A DNA stretch of 64,000 nucleotides from Phoronis australis (Eukaryota; Animalia; Phoronida): positions 287,504 through 351,503 of the forward strand of contig NMRA01000384.1 in NCBI GenBank assembly GCA_002633005.1. The letters are read 5' to 3'. The notes below the pieces were generated by a model. That model saw nothing but the letters and a program-made list of their open reading frames with translations, was not told where the DNA came from and did no database searches. Positions 12,737-26,503 of the stretch are shown here, one piece after another. Each line of letters begins with the position of its first letter. The stretch's first letter is position 1. The position numbers and the translations under genes are program-made.

Positions 12737-15305
12737 TAAACTATATAGATTCCCCTATAACTGTTTCATAGTATATGCGAAGGCTAGCTATGCATACCTC
12801 CGTCCGCATTTTCTTGATTTTCAGTGAGTCTGTAGTGCGCCGTGTGCCAGTTGTTGACCTCTTACCCGTTACTCAAATGTTGATTTTCACCATTATTAAT
12901 TTGTTCTGGTGAAGCTTCGGTGTTTCAGTGTCCATTTGTTGACCAATAGCGGATGATGAGGCATTTTCAGAAGGGACTTTAGACATCCAAAAAAATATCT
13001 TCTCAGTCATCCGCCTTCGTGACACCGGCGAAGTGACGGGGTGTACGCCTGACCGATTGATTCACAACGTACACATCTGTCTCAGCCAACTGCACGAATT
13101 CCATAGTTTCAATTTCATTTCATTTATTGAATCAACTTATGGCGCAGTAGCTGTATGAATCATACAGATCACATTAAGTTGTAACTACTGGTTGTGACGC
13201 AGACAACGAGCTGTAGCTCACTCAGTTGACCTGGATTGTAGTTTCAGTTTCAGTTTTTGGTATAACATACGAAAGGCAACTGTTATAAGTTATTCGCCGA
13301 ATTTGTTAAAACATTTATTCCTGGTGCTTAGGTACATCTGTCACAGATGTACCTAAACACAAAGTTACGGTAACTTTGTGTTTAAACCATAAATTTTACC
13401 TGATCTGGCATATTCTGAACTTTTGTAGTGTTCGATCGTTTTTAACAAAATGAATGCCGGTCGATCGGAAGAAGGCAGTCAATATATTGCATTGTAGTGC
13501 TCGTCTTAAACCAAAATGAATGCGTCGTTCGGAAGCCGGCAGTGGAAATACATTGCATTGTATTGAACTCTAGATTCCAAACAAGGGCAACCCGCGGCCG
13601 TGAATGCCAGTTTACTTATATAGGTCATGGGCGGCGAAGTCATTGATCAAGCGAACTGTGTTGCGGTCTAACACAATGTGAACACCAATGAAGAGATGAG
13701 GACTAAATTCAAATAAAAAGCANAAGCCAATTTATTTCAACAGATGCTTGAGAAATGAAGCTAATGTCCAATGAAAACACCACAATTAGGAGGCAATTTT
13801 CCGAACTCCAAAGAGACGAGTGTGCCTAAACGCTCCAAACATTCGCTTGCCCCCAGTGCGACCGGAAGGTGAACGTCCACCGTCTCACCCAGCGACTTAT
13901 TAGTCGCATTGGCAACTGAGCGAGTGGTCAAGTATATTCATATACAAAAAGTTGCACAGGTTTCTCTTCCTGAACATCAATTGCAATCTTCGCCTCTTGT
14001 AACCTTGAACATACGCACTCCACAATCCTGCCTACACCTTGCGCCTTGCCACTGTTTCTGCGTCGTGTCTACTCGGACGTTTAACACCGCTTCTCGTGCT
14101 CCGTGTCAGTTTAAGTCCAAACGGAAATTACAGACTACAAGACAATATCGCGCAGTAAATGTACAATACAATTTGATTAGACAGAAGGGGTCGGTAGACT
14201 ACGTTTACATGTACGTACATTTTCATCGTTTTCTTCTATTGGAAAGTCAATGCTCCAATTGTGGCCAAGGAATTTTGTCAACTCCGCAAGGTCACCCGTC
14301 TTGAGAGCACATTTCAACTGAAACAAAGTAAAGTGAGCGGAACCAAGATGTTAAATGGTACAACGTTATTTCATAACCGAAGTGATCTCTGTCAAACTTT
14401 TTGTTTTTGCTGTAAAGCGAGGTTATTACCACTGTTCGAAGTGCTGGATAAAGTTCATTAACTGAGGACCTCGCTAAATCCAGACAAAAATCACGTCTTT
14501 TAGTTTAAAATGCGCGCCAATATCTACCGTAATCTCTCTGCAAAGTCTTGCTTTTAGCGAGGTCTTCAGTAGCGATACTGGACTCAGTCCTGGTTTAACT
14601 AATAGGGATGGAAAGTGATTACGTCACGCCCCTATCATCTACTCCATATTGGAGACCAACAATATAGTTGTATCAACACATTTGTTTCAAACCGGTAAAA
14701 TTCGACAAAAATTGCATGGCGCATAAGATGACACGCCGTGGCAAGTCACATTTTACAGCCTGAACTCAGGCAAGAACGCTCTGACACTTGACAGTTGTCC
14801 CAAGGTGTCTGGAATCACATTTAATTTCATTAAAGGAACAATTTGAGACCAGTTTCATAACAATCAAATGTAGGTTTTTGACGTGGAAAGTGCCGGGTTT
14901 AGTTTTGTCGCTTAAGCACATAGACCAACGTCGGTTGGGCTGCTGAAAACTGGATTAGTTTGGTTGTTTCATGATGTCAAGGGCATAGCAACATGTTGTG
15001 TAATAATGCAACGCTGGTATTCAGCGCATAAGTTTTATACGACTGAGCCGTGAAATTTTGAGAAAATGAACCATAATCCCCAACCGGTACGACCCACGCT
15101 TATAACGATATTAGCTACAAAAATAAACGTGGCTTGCCCCCCCCCCATTCATTGATATTTTGTAGCTGCAATGCAACTAACGTTAAGGCGGCGCACCCAA
15201 TAGGTTTTGTTTCGTGGTTCAATTTGCCTAACCCAATTCAATAAAAAAAATTTTTTCGCCTACTGGGTCGACTGGGACTTGGACGCGTCGTAAGTTTTGT
15301 GTTTA

Positions 15306-17586
15306 CCCTTACGAAAATAATCTATAGGATATTATAGAATCCAATAAGATTTCCTATATAAATATTGATTTCTGATAGGATTTCCTATAGGACCAAGACT
15401 ACCTAAGGAATTCAAATCTATTGATTTTCCTATAAGATCTCATTGAGCTTGATGTAGAATTATATTAAACTTCCTTGCTATTGAACTTTCTATAGAATCC
15501 TTTGGAGTTTCCTATAAGATCCTATTGAACTTCCAACAGAATTCTATTGAACTTCTTATAGAATCCAACTGATATTCTCATACAATACTATTGAACTTCC
15601 TATAGTATCCTATTGAACCTTACTATAGGATCCTATTGAACCTTACTATAGGATCCTATTGAACGTTATATAGGATTCTATTGAACTTCCTATAGAATCA
15701 AATTGAACTCCATATAGAATCCTATTGAATTTCCTTTCCTATTGAACTTCATGAAGAATTCTACTGAAATTCTTTTAGAACCTTATTGAACTTCCTATAG
15801 GATCCTGTTGAACTTCATTCAGGATCCTATGGAATCCTATTGACCTTCTAATAGAATTCTATTCAACTTCCAATAGGGTCCTATTGAACCTTACTACAGG
15901 ATCTTATTGAATTTCTATTGGAATCCATTGAAATTCCTATAGAATCATATTGAACTTCCTATAGAATTCTATTAAACTTCCAATAGGTTCCCATTGAAAC
16001 TTACTATAGGATCCTATTGAACCTTCTAAAGGATTCTATTGTACTTCCTATAGGATGCTGTTGAACTTCATTCAGAATGCTATAGAATCCTATTGAGCTT
16101 CTATTAGAATTCTATTAAACTTGCAATAGGATCCTATTGAACCTTACTATAGGATCTTATTGAATTTCTATAGGAATACATTGAAATTCCTATAGAATGA
16201 TATTGAACTTCCTATTGAATTCTATTGAGCTTACGATAGGATCCTATTGAACCTCACTATAGGATCCTATTGAACGTTCTAAAGGATTCTATTGAACTTC
16301 CTATAGAATCATATCGAACGTCCTTAAGGATCATATTGAACTTCGTGAAACAATTTTATTGAAATTCCTTTAGATTACTATTAAACTTTCTATAGGATCC
16401 TATTGAACTTCATTCAGAATCCTATAAAATTTCCTATAGAATCCGATTGAGCTTCTAATAGAATTCTATTGAACTTCCAGTAGGATCCTATTGCGCCTCA
16501 CAATAGGATCTTATTGAATTTTTATAGGAATCTATTGAACTTCCTATAGAATTCTATTGAACTTCCGATAGTATCCTATTGAACCTTACTATAGGATCCT
16601 ATTGAACGTTCTATATGAATCTGTAGAATCGTATTGAATGTCATTTAGGATCTTATTGAACTTCATGAAAGAATTCTATTGAAATTCCTTTAGATTCCTA
16701 TTGAATTTCCTATAGGATACTATTGAACTTCATTCAGAATCCTATAAAATTTCCTATAGAATCCTATTGAACTTCTATTAGAATTCTGTTCAACTTCCAA
16801 TAGGATCCTATTGAACCTTACTATAGGATCTTATTGATTTTCTATTGGATTCTTTTGAACAGAATTCTATTGAACCTCCAATAGGATCCAAATGAGCCTT
16901 ACTATATGATCTTGTTGAATTCCTATAGGATTCTATTGAATTTGATGTAGGTTATTATTGAACTCATTATAGAATCCCATTGAACTTCATAGAATCTTAC
17001 TGAACTTCCTTTAGGATCCTTTTAAACTTCATGAAGAATTCAATTGAAATTTCAATAGAATCCTATTGAACTTCGTATAGGACCCTATTGAACTTCCTGA
17101 AGAATGGTATTAAAATTCCTTCAGAGTCCTATTGAACTTCCTGTAGAATCCTGTTGAACTTCCCACACTATCATATTGAGCTTCTTATGTAATCCTATTG
17201 AACTTCCTAGTAGAATCCTATTGAACGTCCTATAGGATCCTATTGAACTTCATAAAGAATTCTATTGAACTTTCTTTCGAGTCCTAACAAACTTCCTATA
17301 TAATCTTATTGAACTTCCTATTAAATCCTATTGAACTTCATATAGACTCCTGTAATTGAACTTCCTATAAGAACCTAGTGAACTTCCAAGAGAACCCTTA
17401 TAGGGTCCTGTTGAACGTCTTATAGAATCCTATTGAACTTCCAAACCTATTAGCTTCCTATAGAATCCTAATGAACTCCATGCAAAATCCTATTGAACTT
17501 TCTGCTGAGAATCCTATTGAACTTCCTATAGAATCCTACTGAACTTCCTGTAGATGAAATTTTCTTAAAACAAAACTTCAACCGGG
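15306..17586. repeat. Second (allelic) copy of the 22-bp minisatellite element, 564 bp shorter
   Basis: Same termini and flanks as 9892-12736. Confidence 0.8.
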
Positions 17587-19329
17587 TAAACTATATAGAT
17601 TCCCCTATAACAGTTTCATAGTATATGCGAAGGCTAGCTATGCATACCTCCGTCCGCATTTTCTTGATTTTCAGTGAGTCTCTAGTGCGCCGTGTGCCAG
17701 TTGTTGACCTCTTACCCGTTACTCAAATGTTGATTTTCACCATTATTAATTTGTTCTGGTGAAGCGTCGGTGTTTCAGTGTCCATTTGTTGACCAATGGC
17801 GGATGATGACGCATTTTCAGAAGGGACTTTAGACATCCAAAAAAATATCTTCTCAGTCATCCGCCTTCGTGACACCGGCGAAGTGACGGGGTGTACGCCT
17901 GACCGATTGATTCACAACGTACAAATCTGTCTCAGCCAACTGCACGAATTCCATAGTTTCAATTTCATTTCATTTATTGAATCAACTTATGGTGCAGTAG
18001 CTGTGTGAATCATACAGATCACATTAAGTTGTAACTACTGGTTGTGACGCAGACAATGAGCTGTAGCTCACTCAGTTGACCTGGATTGTAGTTTCAGTTT
18101 CAGTTTTTGATATAACATACGAAAGGCAACTGTTATAAGTTATTCGCCGAATTTGTTAAAACATTTATTCCTGGTGCTTAGGTACATCTATAACTTTGTG
18201 TTTAAACCATAAATTTTACCTGATCTGGCATATTCTGAACTTTTGTAGTATTCGATCGTCTTTAACAAAATGAATGCCGGTCGATCGGAAGAAGGCAGTC
18301 AATACATTGCATTGTAGTGCTCGTCTTAAACAAAAATGAAAGCGTCGTTCGGAAGCCGGCAGTGGAAATATATTGCATTGTATTGAACTCTAGATTCCAA
18401 ACAAGGGCAACCCGTGGCCGTGAATGCCAGTTTACTTATATAGGTCATGGGCGGCGAAGTCATTGATCAAGCGAACTGTGTTGCAGGCTAACACAATGTG
18501 AAAACCATTAGAAAGATGAGGACTAAATTTACGTAAAAAGCAACGTCCGAGCGTTAAGTCACTGGTCACTGGTCAAAATCTTTGGTATTTGTAGGTTTAC
18601 AAAACGCAAATTAAGGCGTTTTTTTTTAACTCCAACATGTGAAGTACTTGCACGCTCATCGACGTCTCATGGGAGGGGTGGTGACGATACATTATATTAT
18701 TATATGCAAAGGTTCAGAAGTTCGAAAATATCCGTATTACCATGATTTCAAATGTACACAAATCCAAAAAAGAAGAGTGACTGTTTGTTAGTCAAAATGT
18801 AAGCCTGCCTTGCGTGAAATTATTTCACTGTTATCACTGGGTTTGTTGGTGGTGTGCGCTCCGTTGGAAGAGATTGCACCCTGACGTCGTTATACATCCG
18901 CGCCTGTGATCCGAACAGTAATTCAGCTCTGATTGTCATTTCAAATAATTCCAAATCAGGCATTTTAAATTCACCTTCGTCTCCTATCCCAGGGTGTAGA
19001 CATGTACACAAAAGCAATTACAGAATAAAATTCAAAACGAACACTTAGGTTTCTTGTCAACCAATTAGGCGTATTATTAGAAGCTGTCTGGTTTCTTCCG
19101 CTTTTGCTAAACACTTGCAAATTTCTAGCAGTATTCAATTTAATAAACATTTTAAGCCTTGTCCATTTTACGACAATTGAGAGTTAATTTTGTCATATGT
19201 AAGCTCAAAGCGGACAAACTAACAAAAATTAATTTCAGTATTAAATCAGATCAGGAACAAAATGTCGGGTATGACGTGTAACACTTTCTCATCTACATTC
19301 CACGAACCTGAAATGAAATTGTGCACATC

Positions 19330-19886
19330 TAAACAATGCCACAACTAGACCGACGTTATCCGGGACTCTGAAAAAATTGCCAAATTTGGCAAACTTCGGA
19401 ACATCATAACTCAAAACTGGCTGATTGGATTCCTGTGAAGCTTTCGGGTGTCTTGCTCAATGCAGTGTTCCCCAAAAAGTGTTGGGAATTGTTTTCAACG
19501 TATTCCACTTTTGCAAGAGGGCTATCCGAATTAGGACTTGTAAGATAAACTAAAGCGTTGCATAAAATGAAAACAATAAAAACAAAATGATAATTTGGAT
19601 AAATGTAACAGCGTTTTGAGATTTCAGCTCAAAACATCTATATCAAATGGAATTTGGTCGTGTTATTAATACCATTGTTTTCTATGAATTTGCCTTTTCT
19701 TTATAAATTTTACTAAAACGACGTGACCACGTGACGCAATTAGTGGCTGATTGGTATAAAGTCAAACAGCAAATTCTAAAAAGTTTCTACTTTCAGAAAA
19801 TACTTACATTTACAGAATAAAAATATGATTTTGTAGATGTTATGTAATATCCATAGACTCTAGTCGATAGAACGTCCTACATGGCC
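19330..19886 (+). repeat. Diverged dispersed DNA-transposon-like repeat family (related segments at ~4040-4330, 7510-7800, 47290-47680, 49140-49901, 55130-55450)
   Basis: Shared ordered motifs gaaactttc / tgttctccaaaa / ttccacttttgca / tgcataaaa / aacagcgttttgaga / tgctatgaatttgc; two copies end ...cc|ttaa. Confidence 0.55.
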
Positions 19887-22800
19887 TTAATTAGGTATTT
19901 TGCCATGGATTCAAGCGGCATTCGAAGGTATGATTTATTTTGGATCCCAGCTCGAGAGTGGGCAGTCGGGCGCAGCGTGACAATGCCAATCATCACTTCG
20001 AGAGGACATTTCTGAGTAGGCCAAGTTACGCCCAGTTATTTGTCGTATCTTGACGTCAGTGGTTACGTAGTTGTCACCGTTCCCTGGGGTTCGGATTCGT
20101 TGTTGTTATTGTTCACTGGCAGTTTACAGTTGTCGGTGTTGGCAACCGTGCAATGAATCATACCATATTCATACAATATACTATGTTGCCTTAGATTAAA
20201 CACCACTGTGAACTCAATAAAACATGGGTTTCTGTGACGTCAAGAACACCTGTCACGTGTATCGTGACGTCACATGCATTCAGATTGCAAACCATGACAA
20301 CTATATGGGGGCGTAACTTTTTGGGGATGATGTGAGTGTGACCTCTCCAGTGTCCGTGGACTTACTTAGACTGACGAAGACTTTTTTGGAAGAATAGGTT
20401 GGACGGTAGGCCTAAATTCAAATGAGTGTTCCAAATTTGAGAATTTTGAAAAATGGTTTGCTGAGCGAACCATAGCCTTTTGTGGTAAAATTTCACTGTT
20501 CTTTTATTAACTGCGGGCTTTCCAAGTATTATTCAGTTTTGATGTCAGTTTGACAAAAGAGACGAAACAACACCCATATAACCATCTTCATGTTCAAAGG
20601 ACACGTGCGCTTATAGGCTAGTCGCAAAACACTTAAGCATTTATTCGTATATGTAGGTACCGTTGTATGCGCTATTATTGCCTCACATCATTAATAATTG
20701 GTATCCTGCTGTTTAAAACGTTTAAACTGGCCGGTTAATTGGTATAACGACGGTGTACGCATGTCTTCCTTCGCTATTTCATTATCGGGGTGGGGCCAAC
20801 GATTTGCTTGTCCACGGCACTGGCACAATTCTCTTTGTTAGTCATTGTGTGTTTACGCCCCAAGCTTTGGACAGATTTGAGAGTTCGTATCTTGGCTTCG
20901 TAAGGCCTAGCTTTTATTGGTAACTGTGTTTAATTACAACAGCTTCTCAGCTGATTTGCTATTTAACATGACCGCCCAGGTTTGTAGTGCTTTGGGGACA
21001 TTTTGCACTATTGTAAACTTTTGTATGGCCTTATAACAATTACGGTTATGCACGCATTCTGTTGGTCATAACAATAGCCTCACCTATTCACCATGTTTAT
21101 GTGTAAACATCTCTTAAAGCCAGTGCTCACAATAATGCACGACACATTAATTTTCGTATGCTGAATCTACAAGAAATATATTTTTCCAAAACTGGATACG
21201 AGGTCAATGTTTGCGAAGATTCGTGAGAGGAGCCGAATTCATCCGGTCGATGCTTTAAAATTAAGCGATGAACTGCTCAGCTGACCAGTATTCTCAAATC
21301 AAGTGACGTCGAACGCATTTACATAAGGAACAGTGTATAGAGCGTATTGGTGTACGTCGGAGGTTTAGCTCTCCAGAAAACGTGAACCACGTCAACACTC
21401 TATTTCTGTAGGTGTTACAGATACGTGATGGAAAATTAGTACTGAACACTCAAAAAAATTCAAGGAGTAATCTCGAGGCCTTCTTTGATTGCTTCATGCA
21501 CAGTTGCACGGACTAAAACAACAATTTCTTTGTCAACTAATTCATTGGATACCCCCAGCTTCAGTGGCGTATTAGGTAAGTATAATTTTGACTCAAGAAG
21601 CCATTTTCTTTCTGATATATAACTTATGCAAGTAGAGGATTGAAGAACAATACTGAAATTTAGGTTTGAAGAACACTTCCAAGCGCGAGACAGCGCTTTC
21701 TTTGATTGCTTCGATTCTCGTTTCGGAGTCGAGTGCCTAAACGGCAGTGTTCGAGCTTTAGCAATTAAATGTGCTGAACCGCCAGTTACTTGAATATGAG
21801 ACGTACACCCACATAGCGCCTATATGTGAAACTTTACTGGCCCTTTCCGCAAATCCACTGGCCTCGGGCAAGCGTGAATTTCGAACGTCGCTAGCTCAAC
21901 GGGAGCAATCCCCGCGCTAGGTTGTAATTACGGCTTGAATTTATCGATTTCGGCCTGCGTAGAACCAGGATTTTAACATTTTTTGATAGAGTTAAGTTAA
22001 CTTTGAATTTTGTCATGGGTTGAGTGGATAATCTAGGTATATAACTATGTGTGTGTGTTATCTCTTGCTATCAACTGCTTATGTCAATTAGTATTGTGTT
22101 GTATAACATACAGTCTAGCACTAACGTGTTTGTGCGGCAGTGCTATAACCGTTGTCACAAAATTAAACGTGCTGTTTCTACCCAACTCCATAGCAACAAT
22201 TCTTGCGTCACTTTTTACGCAAGACCAAGTGTTTAAGTCCAAGATCAATTAATTCCAAATACATCTAATTAATAAATCGGAATAATTACACAACCTAGGT
22301 CAGTCACCACCGAAATCCACATTAACGGCCACTGAAGTACGTCTTTAAACAAAAACGTAATTTCTATGTCTGTGGGTGAGCAGCGATTGTCTTGCGTGGT
22401 CATTCTTGTAAATGAGTCTTTAGGTTCGCTCCTTACGTCAAAAAGCAACTTTTGCCACTTACTGTTGTAAAATCGGTCTTGTCTTGTTCCTTATTCTGAT
22501 TACAAATAAGTTCTAGGCTTCAGAGACCAGGTACATGAACCAGTCCCAGCTAGGGACCCCACTAAGTTCCCTAAATCTACAGCGCCATAGTGGACTTGAG
22601 TACACACCGATTGTCCTTTCTTTGTTTTAATGTCGTTACTTAATCAACTTCTGACTTTGATACAAATTGAGAGTGAACTCTAGGCTGAATTCTCATTATT
22701 ATCGAAAATAAATGGGAATCTTTTCATACAACGCCCCTAACTTAAGGATTAAATCCCTATTTTAAATTATTTTCAATGAACTCAGAACTGAGCTTTTAGT

Positions 22801-22987
22801 TATTTATAGAAAAAAGTCCTTAGTTAAAGAGAAGCCCATAGTAAAGATGGAACAATAGAAAAAGATTACATCTGTGAGTAATGAAAGACACAAATACGCA
22901 AGATTTGGGGAACTTAGTTGAGTCCTTATTAGGGACTGTTTCACGCAACCGGGCCCTGCGCCGACAGGTCTGTCAGTGCAGCACCAG

Positions 22988-23385
22988 GACCCGGTCTCCA
23001 ATCTTTTTACTCGAAATGGAACTCGAAATTAGGTTTGGCATTTTCTACTCTACTATTGGGCGAAATCAAGACAAGCGTCTATTATTCTATGCTCGAGTAC
23101 ACATAACTTACGAAGATAATTTATTGCCCTTAGTTCAGTTTGTAAACCCAATATTGAAGCAATAAGTTCGAGTTTGAACTCGAAATTTCGAGTTTTTACT
23201 CGAGTTTGTAGCACGAATATAAGGGTCTTCAAGGGCACACTTGAACTAGAAACTCCTATGCATAAACTATAATGTATTCGAGCACAGTCTGATAACCAAT
23301 TATCTTAAGTTCGCACAAAAGGAGCAGAGAAATTGCCAAAAATAGCTTCGAGTTCGTTTCGAGTACGAAGATTAGAGACCGCGCC
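22988..23385. mobile_element. PIF/Harbinger-like MITE
   Basis: ~45-bp imperfect TIRs (gacccggtctccaatctttttactcgaaa / tttcgagtacgaagattagagaccgcgcc) flanked by a 3-bp CAG duplication. Confidence 0.75.
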
Positions 23386-24856
23386 CAGAACAGACTAGAC
23401 TGTTAGCTGCTTGATACTGAGGGTTGGTTTTAGTCGCCCAGGTAACGTGGGTGTCACAGGAAAATCACACGATTCGTTGCAACCAATTTCAATGAAAATA
23501 CAGGACAAGAACGCAATGGCTTTGCTTTGTAAGAGCTCCTGTGAAAGCAGTCGAGCTTCTTTACACCAGAACATCTCTAATAGCGGTTTTAAACAATCCA
23601 AAGTCATAAGAATAGCGTTTAATCTAAAACAACTTTATTACTGTAATAGCAAATTTTACAACCCAATAAATATCTATCGTGAATCGCCCTACCATGCTAC
23701 AGGTACATTGTGACAATAAAGTCAATTAAAATATCGAAATAAAAATGACAGTGTAATGCCAACTATAAACATGCACGACACCTTTCCAGCGTTTATGCTA
23801 ACGATTATTATATCAAAAGCAGCCACAAAACAGCAACACAACTAAAAATCGTTCTGTAAAACACCGTCTTCCATCCTTAGCATAGTTCGCAGTAATTCCT
23901 AAATCATACGACTGAAGCTGCCAAATTTTGTAACAGTTTGAAGTACAGAAATTGAAAAAAAAAATGAACTCATTTCTGTAAGTATACATTAAAAACAAGA
24001 ACGAGAAAAATAACCAAAGTTGCCTGGAATGCGTCGACAGATTTAGGGACCTCTACCTCCGAACTCTTGATCCCACAAAAATGCTGCCCGATATCGTTTT
24101 TAGAGGCTGAAAGACCATTAACCCCCAAAAGTTGCAGTTGAGTTTCTCTTCTGACATGCTAGATCTGCCGTTGAAATGACCATCTTATTTTCAATCACGA
24201 AAGCAGAAAGCGACCACAATCTGAGATGAAATCTCCTGTCAACAGGAAATCCAGGACAACTGCCTCACCAAAACTACTGGGAAGAATAACCTACAGTAAA
24301 TCCTTTAATTGACGCCAGATTTTCAACTGAAATGGACTCTAAGTTGAGTGGATTAAAGAAGGAATCAATCGCTTTGTTACTTTCACTACTAGATCCTTTG
24401 CTCGAGTTTATTACTTTCACCATGGCGTGTATTTTGTTTCCATGCAGCATTAGAAAGTGAAGCAAACGATCCACAAAAAGCCTACATTTCACATCAAATT
24501 AGCACACAAGAATGGCCAACACAGCCTTTGTTCAACAGTGAGCTGGACCTGAATGCAAAGCAAAGATTGCGGACCTTATTGCTGGGCCGTTACATCTGTA
24601 TATATTGTTGCAGGGATAGTAAAAACTCGCCATAGAAGTATACTCGGTAATCAGGTATTTCTACTTTAAACAGGCCTGGAATTCGAAAAACGAACTAAAT
24701 TACAATGGTTCTCTGCCATTGAAACATAATTCAACATGCTAAACAGGCATTTTCATAGTTTGTTTGTAAAGATTTAGAATTTCTGTGGATATCAAAGCAT
24801 TTTTCTTTTAATTTGAAATTCCAAAAACCACGATCTATCAACTGATCCCAACCTCA

Positions 24857-24985
24857 TCCATTTTTCTCCCACGAGGCAAAGCACATCTCCCTATTTAGCA
24901 TGGCAAGACCTACAGTAGCACATTTCCCTTATATGGAAAGTGTGACCTTTGACATAAACAAAACAATGGCGACTTCAAGCAACAT
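24857..24985 (+). repeat. Dispersed repeat, second copy at ~57627-57741
   Basis: Both read ttttctccc..aggcaaagcac.tctcc..attt.g.atggcaa...tagcac.tttcccttata..gg.a.tgtgacctttgac...gcgacttcaagcaac. Confidence 0.65.
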
Positions 24986-26395
24986 CCTGTCCCATTGGCT
25001 GGCCTAATACTGCTGTCGACCTCAGATTTGGAGTGGGGTCACACAGCATAATCTGCAGTTGATTAGTCTTAATTTTAACTTAATTACCAGAAGCGGAAGT
25101 TTCAAAGTTTGGAAGCTGAGACAAAAATAAACTTAAGTCACTTTCTTGGAACAGGCCTCAGGCTTCTAAGAGTTGGAACCTTTCTAGTGAAATTGATACA
25201 CAGCTGGGCATTTATTAGTAGTTTTATGGTAGCCAAGGACAGGGGGATACCCTTGTCAACGCACAATGGAAGCTCTTAAGTACCACCCCATGAAATCACA
25301 TCACAACAATGGCACCATCTACAATGACATAATTGCCAAAGCAGTTATGTGGTGTGATTGACATTTAGGTTTAGAAAAGTTGAGCCCTGGGTCCCAGGCC
25401 TAATCTCTGAACTGAGACAGGACACAGACATGATACTTACCAATCATGTCGCAAGATTTGAATACAATAAAATGTCACCAATTTCGGATAAAAATAATCG
25501 CCAAAATATCACGCTCTTCATGGTTGAAGGGTTTCTTACACTGATATGAATACCCACAATTCTTTAAAATATTGTCTGTTAGTAGCTATGGTAACAGAAC
25601 TTGAATATGGTAAGGCATCATTTTGGCAGTATGTATCATCAATGAAAACAACCAGGAAAGAATACTTCAACTGTCCGCCATATTGTGTCCTGAATTAGTG
25701 ACAATTTGCTGTCCAAACTTTTCACTTTATTTGAAGTGTGCCATGCAATTGGTCAATTTTATATTCTAGTTTCAAAGTAAAGAGGTTAGGCAGCGGTTTC
25801 ACAATTATCTTCTCATAACATTTTGATAACTTGTCAAGTGACCACACCCCTCAGGTGGAACTGCAAGACTGGATTAACGCATTTGTTTCATGAAAAACTC
25901 AATCACAATAAAAGTCATAAAAACAACAGGGATAAAGTAAAAGATAAAACGATTATGATAAAACCAAAATGTTGGCAATGAAAACATTCTGGAACCAGTT
26001 TATGACACGTAGACTAGACCTGAGGCAAGTACTAAGCAAAACAGTGTCTACCTTCGGACTGCATGCGCAAAATCTCAAGATAAGGCATGGTTGCTCAGTG
26101 TAATACCAAAACTGCACTGTTGGCTATGTCTGCATATTACTAATAAGTTATTTTAAGTTATTTCCTCACATACACCAATCAATTTTCAAAAACCCCAAAA
26201 AGATGACTATATACTATTTCTCGTAGAAAATAGCTGAAGTATTGAAGCAAAAATTTCCAGTAACTGTTTCCAAATGACGTTGTGCGATTTTTATGTGTGA
26301 TCTAATGGACTTTTGCCATAAATTCAGAGATGGCAGCAAAATTTTGATAGAAATCTTCATCTTTTGTGAAAACCACAGCACGTTCATGACTGTTG

Positions 26396-26503
26396 TCAAT
26401 AAAACTCCCGCTCTGGACTTTCATGTCGGCCTCTGTAGCGTGACGAAGAGTAAGCCCGCTGTTTACTGCCAGATCTTGCTTCATGGATGCCTCTGGGACT
26501 CAC
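26396..26503 (-). CDS. CNTRL: CNTRL-like terminal coding exon VSPRGIHEARSGSKQRAYSSSRYRGRHESPEREFY*
   Basis: Acceptor acctacag, phase 0, TGA at 26396-26398. Confidence 0.7.
   Translation of the reverse strand: MSPRGIHEARSGSKQRAYSSSRYRGRHESPEREFY

Larger units (their letters stand above)
8290..18542. repeat. Direct duplication 8290-13722 / 13724-18542 separated by a single-n gap; likely uncollapsed haplotypes
   Basis: Near-identical copies with SNPs and indels, abutting exactly at n13723. Confidence 0.85.

Noticed and set aside
12866-13110. Minus-strand stretch with vaguely ankyrin-like peptide (TDVYVVNQSVRRTPRHFA) ending at a gtaag donor
   Set aside because: Stops in all frames and a poor consensus match; could be a UTR exon but is not supportable.
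8547-14304. Paired ORFs 8547-8870 and 13909-14304
   Set aside because: No recognisable motif, non-ATG starts; the similarity arises only from the haplotype-like duplication.
21084-21166. Possible minus-strand 83-nt exon (tttcttgtag ... AG|gtgagg), perhaps upstream part of the ankyrin gene
   Set aside because: The splice signals look good, but there is no protein motif and no phase link to the 7413 exon.
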